Source of the DNA: a virus
Lineage: Duplodnaviria; Caudoviricetes
IMG/VR virus record: IMGVR_UViG_3300028888_000061
Coordinates: 74,362-138,361 of that record
Length of the DNA: 64,000 nt
Strand: one strand, 5' to 3'
Shown here: positions 18,916 to 29,062 of the stretch, one piece after another
How the letters are laid out: the number at the start of each line of letters is the position of its first letter
Position numbering within the stretch: the first letter of the stretch is position 1
Notes under the pieces: model-generated
Database searches by the model: none
What the model saw: the letters and a program-made list of their open reading frames with translations, nothing else
What the model was told of the DNA's origin: nothing
Translations under genes and position numbers: made by a program

Positions 18916-20538
18916 ATGGCAGGACGCACGGTTCCAAAGACAACAAGGGTTAGTTCGGACAACGAGAATCCGCAGGGCGTCCATCCGTCTGTGTCATCGG
19001 ATGGCGTCATAGAGAAAAAGAGTGGTGGTCTTTTTCAGTGGGTCAAGAGTCTGTTTGGTGGGCGTGTTCGTGTTGTCGATGACCCGCAAGATTCTCGTGA
19101 CGATTTTCTGAAAGACCTTATTTCAAGAACAGATTGTTCCATTCTCGGCGACCTTCACAATTATGCAACTGACCGAGAGGGCATGATTGCTGATTATAAG
19201 GAAATGCTTACAGATGCAACAGTTATTGCAGCTGTTGAGTTAATCGCAGAGGATTCAAGTATCATCGATAACGATACGAATCTTGCGGCATGGGTTACAT
19301 GTCAGGATGACCCTGACTTCGGCGACATGATGACCCAATGGCTCGCAGATACGGTGAACATCAATGACCTTATTTATCCGATAGCTTTCAATATCGTTGC
19401 TTTCGGAGAGTGTTTTCTAAATACGAATTTTACGAATGAAGTGTACCGTGAGAATTTTACTCTCGGTGATTTCTTTTCCATTGCTGACCCGCTTGAGTGT
19501 ATTCACCTGTTTCGTTTTGGTGCTCCTCTTGGGTATGCCATACGAGAAGGTGATGGTGTTTACACGTATGGCGAGAATGACGCGATTCTTCCGGAGAAGT
19601 CTTACATACATTTCATTTCTGACCGTGGGCAAGACCAGGCAGTAGGCGACCCTGATGACGGTGTTGTTATCCGTTACGGTACAAGTTTTCTGGATGCCGC
19701 AAAGTACCTTTTCAGACAGAAGAAATTATTGGATGACTTATTGATTCTCGCCCGTCTTACTAGAAGTGCTTTTTATCGCATTTTCAGTGTTGAGGTAGGG
19801 AACGCAACAAGTCAGGATACCGCCAGGATGATGCGTGAGGTACGCACAGCCATCAACTCAAAACAGTCTCTTAATGTCGCACAGGGTGTTTTCAGTTCTG
19901 TGAACGCTCCAATGATAACCGGCGGTAATGTTTACATTCCGGTTAGAAACGGTGTTGGTAATGTGAGTGTCAATGAGGTTTCTGCTCCGACAGAGATTGG
20001 ACAGCTTACGGATGTGAATAATATCTTAAAGAGCTTTATGGGTGCTTTAGGTGTTCCGCCTCAATTTCTTGGTTTCGCAGATGAAACAGGAGGCGGTCTG
20101 AATGATTCAACGCTTACGCAGCTTGATATCCGTTATGCAAGAAAAGTCAAACGTGTGCAGCGTATTTTGCGTGAAGGTATCAAGAAGCTCGTTATCTGGA
20201 AATGTCTTATTGACGATATCATGCCGCCTGAGTTTACAATTCAGATGCCGACCATTCTCACAGGTGAAGACGAAAAGCGTGCTACTGCGATTACTGCAGA
20301 AGTTGACCGTATGAATACAGCACTTGACATCGTTGCAAAGATTGACCCTGAATACATGAACGGCGTGAATAAACGTGAACTGATTTACTTCATTCTGCAC
20401 AAGGTGTTCAAGAATGATGACCTGCTTGACGCTCTGGGTTACAACAATCCGCAACCGGAAACACAGGGAAACGGAGAAGAGGGCGGTGAAGATGAAGAGG
20501 GTGGATTCGACAGAGGTGGCGGATTCGGCGCTGTGTAG
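18916..20538 (+). CDS. portal protein (T4 gp20-like)
   Basis: YGTSFL...DLLILARLTRSAFYRIFSVEVGN...ALGVPPQFL...DIRYARKVKRVQ resemble gp20 motifs. Confidence 0.85.
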   Translation: MAGRTVPKTTRVSSDNENPQGVHPSVSSDGVIEKKSGGLFQWVKSLFGGRVRVVDDPQDSRDDFLKDLISRTDCSILGDLHNYATDREGMIADYKEMLTDATVIAAVELIAEDSSIIDNDTNLAAWVTCQDDPDFGDMMTQWLADTVNINDLIYPIAFNIVAFGECFLNTNFTNEVYRENFTLGDFFSIADPLECIHLFRFGAPLGYAIREGDGVYTYGENDAILPEKSYIHFISDRGQDQAVGDPDDGVVIRYGTSFLDAAKYLFRQKKLLDDLLILARLTRSAFYRIFSVEVGNATSQDTARMMREVRTAINSKQSLNVAQGVFSSVNAPMITGGNVYIPVRNGVGNVSVNEVSAPTEIGQLTDVNNILKSFMGALGVPPQFLGFADETGGGLNDSTLTQLDIRYARKVKRVQRILREGIKKLVIWKCLIDDIMPPEFTIQMPTILTGEDEKRATAITAEVDRMNTALDIVAKIDPEYMNGVNKRELIYFILHKVFKNDDLLDALGYNNPQPETQGNGEEGGEDEEGGFDRGGGFGAV

Positions 20539-20595
20539 CTGAACACTATCAAAAGTGTTGTCAGATGAGTTAGGGGCCAATGGGGAGATTGTGTC

Positions 20596-21321
20596 ATGTT
20601 GGACGCAACGCATACGCTTTTTTTCATCATCGGCTTCCTTGTGCTTTTCAGTGTGGTGATGCCGTTGGTGGCACGTGTTACGAAAATTTCTTTTACATGG
20701 ACTTTGGTAATCGTTTATCTCGGAATCCTGTTTGGTGTTATACTTGATTTCTCGCATCTTACGAACGAAGTCCGTATGATTCTTGCAGTAGGCTCAATAC
20801 TTGTGTCGGTGGCTTACATTCTTTCACATGTGTCTGAGAAAGCTCGGGCACGTGGTGAACAGTTACGTCTGCCAGAGATGAATTTGAAGAAAGGAAATAC
20901 TCGTGTTAATGTAAAGTTCTCTGATGCTAAGAAGATTGTATCTGAGGATGATGACAATCTTGATTTGAATGAACTTTCAACACTTCCGTATAACAACAAC
21001 GATGCATTCGACACGGAGTTTCCTGTGCAGCAGGATAACACTTCGGTTGTTCAGAGTCAGATGAGAAGTACACAGGAGCGTATTACTGCACAGGAAAATC
21101 CGTATGCCATACGGACTCCTGTTCCTCAGACTTGCGCTCAGTCGAATCGTTCATTACGGCCTGTGTCCTCTGTGAACGACACGGTTGACCAGGACGAACT
21201 TGCACAGTTTATGAGGACTGACAGACGTGTTCGCCGGGATGGAAACACAGGTGTCCATAGAATGTCCTCAAGTCAGGGATTTTCTTCTACACGTTCTGGA
21301 AACTGGAATCAGCCTCAGTGA
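20596..21321 (+). CDS. membrane protein (3 N-terminal TM helices, polar tail), holin-like candidate
   Basis: Three hydrophobic segments in the first ~80 aa. Confidence 0.55.
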   Translation: MLDATHTLFFIIGFLVLFSVVMPLVARVTKISFTWTLVIVYLGILFGVILDFSHLTNEVRMILAVGSILVSVAYILSHVSEKARARGEQLRLPEMNLKKGNTRVNVKFSDAKKIVSEDDDNLDLNELSTLPYNNNDAFDTEFPVQQDNTSVVQSQMRSTQERITAQENPYAIRTPVPQTCAQSNRSLRPVSSVNDTVDQDELAQFMRTDRRVRRDGNTGVHRMSSSQGFSSTRSGNWNQPQ

Positions 21322-21354
21322 ATTACCCACCCGCTAAAACGGTGGGTAATTCAC
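21318..21354. repeat. 14-bp perfect palindrome resembling IS200/IS605 right ends; probable bidirectional terminator
   Basis: GTGAATTACCCACC-N9-GGTGGGTAATTCAC between convergent genes. Confidence 0.7.
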
Positions 21355-21359
21355 GAACA

Positions 21360-24300
21360 TCACACGATTTGGTTGTTGTATGGTATGTCTAACACATAAA
21401 GATGTTCCGTTGAGTTTCCGATAGCCATCAGTAATACCAGGTCGCCGACTTTCAGCAGCACATCATCATCGATGTCGTGGCAGTAGGGCTTCAGGCTCTT
21501 TGGTTTTTCAGTCAGCGACATGTCGTACTCTCCAATGCTGTTGGATAATGACATAGACGGTCCGACCATTGCTCCAAGTTCACTTACGAGTGATGAGTCT
21601 AAGGTACCACTTGCAGCTTCAAATGTGTCATTGACTTTAGTTGCTACATCGCCGAGTTTGTTTAGTGTCGATATTACTTCATTCACACCTTTCGTAGCAC
21701 CGAGCATCGTCATTATTTTTTCTGTTAGTGCTTTCAGGTCTATTGTTTTACCTACGAGTTCTCCTATACCGCCCATTATGTTTTTTACGATGTCGTTGAA
21801 CTCTGATGCGAACTCTGAGATATCTGCTTTGGCATCTTCCATAAACGCTGTCAGCTTGTCCATTACTTTTTGTTCTGCATCAGACAGTAGTGGCTCTATA
21901 TGCTTGAGGGCGTCAAAGTCAACCACATCAAAAGCCTTGTCAATGGCATTTGGAATCGTCTCCGTCACTGCCTGTTTTGCTTTTTTCATATTTTCCAGGA
22001 TTTGTTCAAAGTTGTCTGCCGAGCTTGACTCCGTTTCTGTATTTGCGTCATGCTCTTTTTTGACAATCGTTGAAATGTTGTCACGGTAGACATGCATAGG
22101 AAGTAGGCTATTTGGTACTGCGTTTTTCTTTAGCCGTGCTCTGTCTTGTATTTTATCATTTTTAGGGTCTATGCTGATGAACATCAATTCCTTGCAGGCA
22201 TTGGTCTGTACTTCTATGCTGAAGTCTTTAGTATAGGACATCACATCGCCGTCTTTCTTTTTGTTGTACCTTATTGCTACCTGGCTTTCGTCTTCACCTG
22301 TTCGTGTGAATACTCCTATGCCTGTATCTGTGCCTTCTGTTTTTATCGGTTGCGTGAGGAAGAAGAATGTGGAGACATCAACCGGTGAAGCTCCCTCGTC
22401 TTCGTACCAGAGTATTTGGTCGCATGTGACCGTTACGTCTTTGCTTGCCACGGTATTTAGCTGCTCTCTTTCACGGAAGACTTTATTTCCAGAGTCGTCA
22501 ACTACAGGGTTGTTGTCTTCGTCAAGTTCTGGCTCGTATACGGTATTCCAGAATGTAAACTCTTCAACATTTCCGTTCTTATCGGTTCCGACACCTCTGT
22601 TCACTTCATACAGCAAAATAGGTAATTCCATGTTGCTCGTTGTCATAGGGTATATGTAGTGCAATCCATTTACTGTGAAGAAGCTGTTTTTCTGCATGAT
22701 TAGCGGGTTTTCCATTTCAACGTACTTCCGCATGTTTATAGTGAACTCTGTGTCACTGTAAGAAAACTTTAGTCCGTTTGGGTCTTTATCCACATCGCCG
22801 ATGCTTACCTTTACCTGTGAACGTCCTGATGGAATACCCGCCGGTTTTTTGTATGGGTACTTTGACGTGTCAAATACGAACACAAGCCAATTTGTAAGAA
22901 GTGCTGCCTGTTCTGCATTTAGTGTTATGACCTTTCCTTTCATCTCTGGATGTTTTTCAAGGTATTCTTCACTCACCAGATTTTGTGCCTTGAATACAGA
23001 CACTTCTTTAAGTTTTGTTTCTTGCGTAGTCTTTACGGATTTCTTTTTCTTTTCGGCCTGTATCTCACGTATGTCAATAACGAATGCGGGGCACACTTGG
23101 AATATTATACCTGTCTGGCTGTCAACTCGGATATATCCAGAGTTCGAGTGTTTGTAGCAATAGAACTCATTTCCAGACATGTCTGTGAGTGCTTTCGGTG
23201 TGTATGACCCGTTTGTTTGTTGTTCGTATAACACGCCACCTTTAATGAGGACATGCAGAGATGCAAGCATTTCATTTACGTATGCGCAGAAGTACCACCT
23301 TGCGTAGTTAATCAGAGAACCCATCTTTGAGGTTTCCTGTTCGCTATAAGTTCCTATTTCACTTATGTAGGTAAGATAACTGCCGTATGAGGTTTTACCT
23401 GAGTAGGTACGTGATTCTGTCTTCCATTTCGGAAAGAAATCATTGTTGATGTCTATTTCCGGAAGGGTCATGTTGTATTTGTCTATGTACGTATATTTTA
23501 TGCTGTCTGGCTGTATTCCGATAATGGAACAGATGTAGTTTAGGATTCCGTCATCTACGGTACGTGCATACTTCGTGGAATCTTCGATACCTTGTATGGT
23601 TGCCTCTAAGATTTGTCCGACAATTTCATCTCTGTCAGAACTTTGTACGATTAGTGTTTGAGGTAGCTTTTCAAGTGTTTTGGAAACGAGTTCAGAAGGC
23701 TTGGCTGTCGGATTGTTCAGTGCATCAGCATAAGACACTATCGGAATCATCTTTTTCTGAAGCCATGCCGCAAAGTCGTTAGAGATTCGACTGTAAACTT
23801 TCTGCGTTGCTTGGGTCACAGGGGATGACTTTTTCAGATATGGTGAATCTTTTATGTCGTATAAGCTGACACGTCTCCCACGTATTCCATCCCATAGTTC
23901 TGTACCTTCGTCCGGTTTACTTGTTACTGTACATCCTTCGTACACCGAGTTTAGAAATTCGTTCAGGATTGAATTTACGCTTGTCATTTCTGATGTAGAT
24001 GGCGTCATACGTTCCTCAATCGTTTCGTACACGTCATCCATCGGTTTAAATTGTTCTACGAGCATTCCGGGAAGTGCTTTTACGACATCACCGGCATCAG
24101 TATTCAGCAACCACTGTGTCTTGCTTACCAGCTGTTTTGCTGTTCGCCCTACAAAGCTCTGCATTATTTTTTCTTTTAGCGGTTCAAATGCTTTTATTAG
24201 TAATTCGATGATTTTGTCTTTTCCATAATCGAATGCTTTTTTTAGCGCCTCTTTCACGGCCTTGACTACGAAACCGACAATTTTATCACATATCTTTTCC

Positions 24301-25415
24301 AGAACTTTTTTCACGACTATTGACGCCATGAAGCGTGCTGGCATTGGAAGTTTTGCGATGATTGGCGAAATTGCCTGTGACACTATCTTTGCCAGTTTTT
24401 TCTTTACCTTTCTTAGTGGTGGCTTTAGCTTTTTGTTTACTACGTTGAGTATTTTGTCACGTATTTTCCCTACGGCTTCGTTATAGAGCGCTGTTACCTT
24501 GTTTACGAGAGGTGACACAACGCTCATAATGATTTCTTTTAGTTGACTCTGCACCACACCTACTGCGGAAGCAGCCAGGTTTTTTAATTGCTCTTCGGCT
24601 GTCTTTTGAAGAGCATTTATTTTCTGAACGATTTGTTTTTCTGCATCAGTCAACGCTTCATGTAGTACATCTCGTTTGTTTATCAGTTCATCGAACCCAT
24701 AGGCTTCTTTTAGTCTTGGAAGAAGTCCAGATACGAGGTTTACACCATCAGAGAGCAGTGTTTGCACACTGTTTCCTGGTATCGCAAGGGAGCTAAGGAT
24801 TGAACTCTTTATTTTATCGATTATGTCTGATGCGTCCAGTGATGGGATTAAAGAGTCATTGCTTCCAGGTTCAAGCGGTTTCGTCATGCTCGACAGTGCA
24901 TTCGAGAATGATTCTTCGACGATTTGTCCAACATCTACTGATGTTGCCGGTGCGGGTATTCCAGTTTCAGACAAAGACACGAAAATTGGCGGAATATTGA
25001 CAATACCGATTGCATTCAAGGCTGTGGACACGGTTGTAATCCACGTCATTGTCAGAGGGTCGAACATGTAGTTCGAGATGCTTATGCTTCCGTTTCCTGC
25101 GAATGACCCTTTGTAGTAAATCGTCTGTGGATTTTCCCAGAGGTTGGCTGCCATGACGAGTCCACGTGGAAGCATGGCTCGTCTGTAGCCATAGCTTTCC
25201 AGTTCGTGTTCCATGTCTTTGCCTTTATCCTCGCTTGACTTTGGTTGTTTTATGTCGCCATCAAGTGCATTGAGGTCTACGTACACGAGTCCGTTTTCTT
25301 TCCAGGACGAAGGCATGTAAACGATGCGGCCTATGTAAACGGATAATGGACTGGATGAAATGGCATCCTCGAACGATAATGGTTTTTTTGCTTTTGATTT
25401 AGGCATGGTTCTCAC
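21360..25415 (-). CDS. large putative virion protein (1351 aa), possibly baseplate hub/spike related
   Basis: Long amphipathic helical blocks; C-terminal LKVGDLVLLMAIGN..LYVLD recalls the gp5/gpV OB-fold motif. Confidence 0.5.
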   Translation of the reverse strand: MRTMPKSKAKKPLSFEDAISSSPLSVYIGRIVYMPSSWKENGLVYVDLNALDGDIKQPKSSEDKGKDMEHELESYGYRRAMLPRGLVMAANLWENPQTIYYKGSFAGNGSISISNYMFDPLTMTWITTVSTALNAIGIVNIPPIFVSLSETGIPAPATSVDVGQIVEESFSNALSSMTKPLEPGSNDSLIPSLDASDIIDKIKSSILSSLAIPGNSVQTLLSDGVNLVSGLLPRLKEAYGFDELINKRDVLHEALTDAEKQIVQKINALQKTAEEQLKNLAASAVGVVQSQLKEIIMSVVSPLVNKVTALYNEAVGKIRDKILNVVNKKLKPPLRKVKKKLAKIVSQAISPIIAKLPMPARFMASIVVKKVLEKICDKIVGFVVKAVKEALKKAFDYGKDKIIELLIKAFEPLKEKIMQSFVGRTAKQLVSKTQWLLNTDAGDVVKALPGMLVEQFKPMDDVYETIEERMTPSTSEMTSVNSILNEFLNSVYEGCTVTSKPDEGTELWDGIRGRRVSLYDIKDSPYLKKSSPVTQATQKVYSRISNDFAAWLQKKMIPIVSYADALNNPTAKPSELVSKTLEKLPQTLIVQSSDRDEIVGQILEATIQGIEDSTKYARTVDDGILNYICSIIGIQPDSIKYTYIDKYNMTLPEIDINNDFFPKWKTESRTYSGKTSYGSYLTYISEIGTYSEQETSKMGSLINYARWYFCAYVNEMLASLHVLIKGGVLYEQQTNGSYTPKALTDMSGNEFYCYKHSNSGYIRVDSQTGIIFQVCPAFVIDIREIQAEKKKKSVKTTQETKLKEVSVFKAQNLVSEEYLEKHPEMKGKVITLNAEQAALLTNWLVFVFDTSKYPYKKPAGIPSGRSQVKVSIGDVDKDPNGLKFSYSDTEFTINMRKYVEMENPLIMQKNSFFTVNGLHYIYPMTTSNMELPILLYEVNRGVGTDKNGNVEEFTFWNTVYEPELDEDNNPVVDDSGNKVFREREQLNTVASKDVTVTCDQILWYEDEGASPVDVSTFFFLTQPIKTEGTDTGIGVFTRTGEDESQVAIRYNKKKDGDVMSYTKDFSIEVQTNACKELMFISIDPKNDKIQDRARLKKNAVPNSLLPMHVYRDNISTIVKKEHDANTETESSSADNFEQILENMKKAKQAVTETIPNAIDKAFDVVDFDALKHIEPLLSDAEQKVMDKLTAFMEDAKADISEFASEFNDIVKNIMGGIGELVGKTIDLKALTEKIMTMLGATKGVNEVISTLNKLGDVATKVNDTFEAASGTLDSSLVSELGAMVGPSMSLSNSIGEYDMSLTEKPKSLKPYCHDIDDDVLLKVGDLVLLMAIGNSTEHLYVLDIPYNNQIV

Positions 25416-25465
25416 TCTCGTTTTCAGTGACAGATAAACACCTTTTCGTTTCGATACCTAAAGAA

Positions 25466-25615
25466 AAAGCGGCAAGACTTTCGTCATGCCGCTTTAATGG
25501 GTTGGCTGCTTAGGTGTCGGGGCAACCAAGCAGCCGATTCATTAACCTTTTTGCTCTCATTAGGTCGCCTGAGCGGCCAATCTCGCAAAGCCATAGTGCT
25601 AGTAAGGCTAAGGTG
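25466..25615 (+). ncRNA. candidate small structured RNA/terminator cluster
   Basis: Four consecutive hairpins, including an ~18-bp stem with G-U pairs on the plus strand. Confidence 0.35.
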
Positions 25616-25626
25616 ATGTTTTTGAT

Positions 25627-27016
25627 AAGTATGCGAGTCGCAAACCCATTCGGCTTTAGCCCGTGTGTAAGCGAGCAATATATCTTGAAACAAGATTAAA
25701 ATAATGCTATTTTTATGTTTGGGTGGTTAGTCCGACGGGATGAAAAGTGAGTAAGCCTCTCACCTACCACCCTCTAAAGCAAAAGGCACGTATTCAAGGC
25801 TAAATACCATGTTCAAAGCGTTCAAGTACAGACTCTATCCTACTGCACCTCAAGCAGAAAAAATCAACCAGAACATTGGTTGTGCTAGGTTCGTCTATAA
25901 CCAGTTATTGGACGACAGAATCAAGGTCTATAAGGAAACCAAACAGAAGTCCAAAAAGACTTACAGTGATTTAAAAGAAGAGTATGAATTTTTGAAGAAA
26001 GCTGATAGTCGTGCTTTGCTCCATGCCAGAGAAGCACTGGATGAAGCCTATAATAAGTTCTTCAAAGAACCAAACACAGGATTTCCAAAGTTCAAGGATA
26101 AGCACAAATCCAAATGGAGTTATACCACGGATAACAACAGTGATTCTATCCGATTTGATGGTAATCGTTTCAAACTTCCTAAAATAGGATACGTCAAAGT
26201 TGTTGAACATAGATTGCATGAGGGACGTATTCTTACTGCAACGATAAGCAAAGAGCGTAGTGGAGAATATTACGCATCTGTCCTGTGTGAAATAGAGCAA
26301 CCAGAGTCATTGCCTGTCACAGATAAGTTTATTGGCATAGACTTAGGCTTACATGACATCGTTGTTTGTTCCGATGGAACGAGGGTTGAAGCTCCAAAGC
26401 ACTTTCGTAAAGCGGAACATAATTTAGCGAGGAGGCAACGTGCTTTTTCTCGCACACAGAAAGGCTCTAATGGACATGAAAGAGCACGTTTGAAAGTTGC
26501 CCGGTGTCATCAGAAAATAAAGAATCAACGTAATGATTTCTTGCAGAAGTTGTCCACCAAACTGATACACGAAAACCAAGTGATTTGTTTGGAAGACTTG
26601 TCTGTCAAAGGAATGGAACGAAACCACAAACTGGCTAAAAGTGTTACGGATGCTTCGTTTAGCAGGTTCGTTTCGATGCTTGCGTACAAGGCAGAATGGT
26701 ATGGACGCAAGATAGTCAAGATAGACCGTTTTTACCCAAGCACTCAACTATGCAGTGGCTGTGGATATAAGAATGAGTCTGTCAGAGGACTGAAAGGCTT
26801 AAAAGTCAGGGAATGGATTTGTCCAAACTGTGGAGAAGTCCATGATCGAGATTTGAACGCCGCAAGGAACATCCTCAAAGAAGGAATAAGAGTTTTTGAA
26901 CCTACGGAACGTGGGGGATAGCGAGTTTACTGCATGTCACACTAGCAGAAATAGTTCTATTAGTGGAGATGTGCTTGCACTTGAAGCCAACCCGATAAAG
27001 CGGGTTGGTAGTTCAC
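25627..27016 (+). mobile_element. IS200/IS605-family element, TnpB-only (IS1341-like)
   Basis: TTGAT at 25622-25626 before the left-end hairpin; right-end hairpin CCAACCCG-ATAAAG-CGGGTTGG then TAGTTCAC; no tnpA. Confidence 0.8.
25809..26921 (+). CDS. tnpB: TnpB RNA-guided endonuclease
   Basis: KAFKYRLYP HTH start, RuvC GIDLG / LEDL / DRDLNAARNI, CxxC...CxxC zinc finger; catalytic D-E-D intact. Confidence 0.97.
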   Translation: MFKAFKYRLYPTAPQAEKINQNIGCARFVYNQLLDDRIKVYKETKQKSKKTYSDLKEEYEFLKKADSRALLHAREALDEAYNKFFKEPNTGFPKFKDKHKSKWSYTTDNNSDSIRFDGNRFKLPKIGYVKVVEHRLHEGRILTATISKERSGEYYASVLCEIEQPESLPVTDKFIGIDLGLHDIVVCSDGTRVEAPKHFRKAEHNLARRQRAFSRTQKGSNGHERARLKVARCHQKIKNQRNDFLQKLSTKLIHENQVICLEDLSVKGMERNHKLAKSVTDASFSRFVSMLAYKAEWYGRKIVKIDRFYPSTQLCSGCGYKNESVRGLKGLKVREWICPNCGEVHDRDLNAARNILKEGIRVFEPTERGG

Positions 27017-27036
27017 AACACAGCAGAATTTGTTGG
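26870..27036 (+). ncRNA. probable TnpB omega/reRNA with flank-derived guide
   Basis: Established TnpB architecture: scaffold overlaps the gene 3' end up to TCAC; guide is the following ~16-20 nt (AACACAGCAGAATTTGTTGG); 5' boundary approximate. Confidence 0.6.
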
Positions 27037-27049
27037 TCAATCGTTATCG

Positions 27050-29062
27050 TCAGTAATCATCGTCACGGTACATTACGCTGTCCCAGTCAATCGTGCTGCC
27101 GTACAGGTCTTCCATTTCGTCTTCTGCTGTGTGCTTCGGTGTAAGCGGCATTTTTAATGCATCACGTTCGTCATATCCTGACACAAAACATTCTGATGGC
27201 CGTTGTACGGAGCCGTTACCGTTTGATTTGTCGTCTCTATAAGTAAGTGTCTCTGTCGGGTTGTGCATGGATAAAGACAGAATGTCTTGTGGGTCGTATG
27301 ATGGTGACTGGGTTTCGTATGCGTTGTAAAGTGCACCGACGACGGCGTCCATACGATCTTTCATGCCGCCGTGCGCCGTATCACTCGGGTGATCCACTTT
27401 GTGTTTATCTCTATTCCAATCCAGATTGAACAGCTCGTGTTTTATCGCCTCCGCAAAGTCAGAAGGAAATTTCACGATGTTTCGGTACATGCAATCAACG
27501 AAAAACAGATAGGCTTTGTCTGTTCGATCAACGCTCTGATACCGGCAAGGAATTCTGTGTTCTTCAAAGAGCTGTAACGACGCTTGTGATTGGAAATTAT
27601 CCATGCTGACCATTCCGATAATGAGCTTTTTTGAAAGGAATATAATGAACTCATTGATTCTAGCTATGGAAATCTTTCGTGGTCTGGGCGGAGGGACAAT
27701 ACGTAACGAAAAGTCAAAGGTGTAAACAGGTGTACGCACACCGTCTGCGATGGTCTCTCCAGACTTGTAGCAGCACGCAATACCCGCCGCATCGTTGGTC
27801 AAACCTAAGTCGATGTGGATGAAACGTGGCTTGTTTTTGTCTGCAAAGTCATGTTCAATGTAATACTGAATGCAGTTTGTCGGTGAGTCATTGTTTGTTT
27901 CAATGGTGAACTCGTTTTTGCTGAATATCTGAACCAGTGACTGGTCAATGCATTTGTCAAAAATGTGTCTGTCTTGGAACAGTTTGCCTTGTGCATATAC
28001 AGACATGCCTGAGATGTCTCTTAATGCTAGGTAGATGTCGCGTTCGTATTGGTCTCTTGTGTCCACTGGAACTGCATCCACAAGTCGCCGCATATCCTGT
28101 GGAAGTTCTGATACGATTTCGTTGATGGATTTGTTATGGTCAACGGGGATGTTCAGTTGGCTTTCGATTTTCTCCGGACTGTCCATGATGAACGGTTCGT
28201 ACTTTTCATTTCCGCAGAAGACGAAGAATCGTTCCTTCTTGTGTGCCCACGGTTTGACATCCCACGTTCTTACGTTGATGGCTTTCGAGCGTTTGTCTGA
28301 CTGTGCTTTCTTAAAGAGATGTTCGGTGTACGAGTTGCTTGTTGTTGCTGACGAGATGACGATGTTCATTCCGAATTTTTCACCGTTTAGCGAGAAACGT
28401 GATGCTTGTCGTGACAAAACCGCATTATGCATTTTCTGCATTTCGGTTAGTGAACTTGCATCGCCGGTCGCGTCACCTTTGAAATTTGCCTCGTCAATGA
28501 TACTTGCGATGACATTGTTTCCTATCATATCCCCTTCACCTGTACCGAAGATAACGGATATGTTATTTGGAAACCGAAGTTCAGAGTCTATGTGTTCATC
28601 ACGTGGGAATTTTTCTTTGAAATATGGGATTGTGTCGATGATTTCTCGAAGTTGTGAACCGAGACGAATGGCCATGAATTTCGACACTGCACAGAAGTAA
28701 AGGAAAACGATTGGCGATGTCGGCATAAGACCATAACGTCCCTGTATGTTTTCATAAACGCTCTGCTCATAGAGTTTACGTATGAAACAGTACAGACCGA
28801 ATGTGGTCTTTCCACCTCCGATCCCGCCAGATACAACCAGCATGTCGTACTTGTTTTCATACTCAAACAAGTCGCACATCAGTTCTTGGTAATATGGGTA
28901 AATTCCGGTCGGCACTCCGTCATTCCATTTGAAAATCCCACCGTTCCCTACATAGTACGGGTTTTGAATCCAGTCCTTGATTGGTACGACTGGTTCTTTT
29001 AGTTCTGGCTTTTTTACTTGCAGTTGTTTTAGGGCATTTTGAATTGCTTTGTAGTTAGCCAT
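27050..29062 (-). CDS. terL: terminase large subunit
   Basis: SGGIGGGKT Walker A, SIIDEAN Walker B, IHIDLGLTND and KDRMDAV nuclease motifs. Confidence 0.92.
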   Translation of the reverse strand: MANYKAIQNALKQLQVKKPELKEPVVPIKDWIQNPYYVGNGGIFKWNDGVPTGIYPYYQELMCDLFEYENKYDMLVVSGGIGGGKTTFGLYCFIRKLYEQSVYENIQGRYGLMPTSPIVFLYFCAVSKFMAIRLGSQLREIIDTIPYFKEKFPRDEHIDSELRFPNNISVIFGTGEGDMIGNNVIASIIDEANFKGDATGDASSLTEMQKMHNAVLSRQASRFSLNGEKFGMNIVISSATTSNSYTEHLFKKAQSDKRSKAINVRTWDVKPWAHKKERFFVFCGNEKYEPFIMDSPEKIESQLNIPVDHNKSINEIVSELPQDMRRLVDAVPVDTRDQYERDIYLALRDISGMSVYAQGKLFQDRHIFDKCIDQSLVQIFSKNEFTIETNNDSPTNCIQYYIEHDFADKNKPRFIHIDLGLTNDAAGIACCYKSGETIADGVRTPVYTFDFSLRIVPPPRPRKISIARINEFIIFLSKKLIIGMVSMDNFQSQASLQLFEEHRIPCRYQSVDRTDKAYLFFVDCMYRNIVKFPSDFAEAIKHELFNLDWNRDKHKVDHPSDTAHGGMKDRMDAVVGALYNAYETQSPSYDPQDILSLSMHNPTETLTYRDDKSNGNGSVQRPSECFVSGYDERDALKMPLTPKHTAEDEMEDLYGSTIDWDSVMYRDDDY

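Noticed and set aside
20107-28700. Long antisense ORFs (20107-20757, 21520-22089, 28035-28700 and similar)
   Set aside because: Shadows of well-supported genes on the opposite strand
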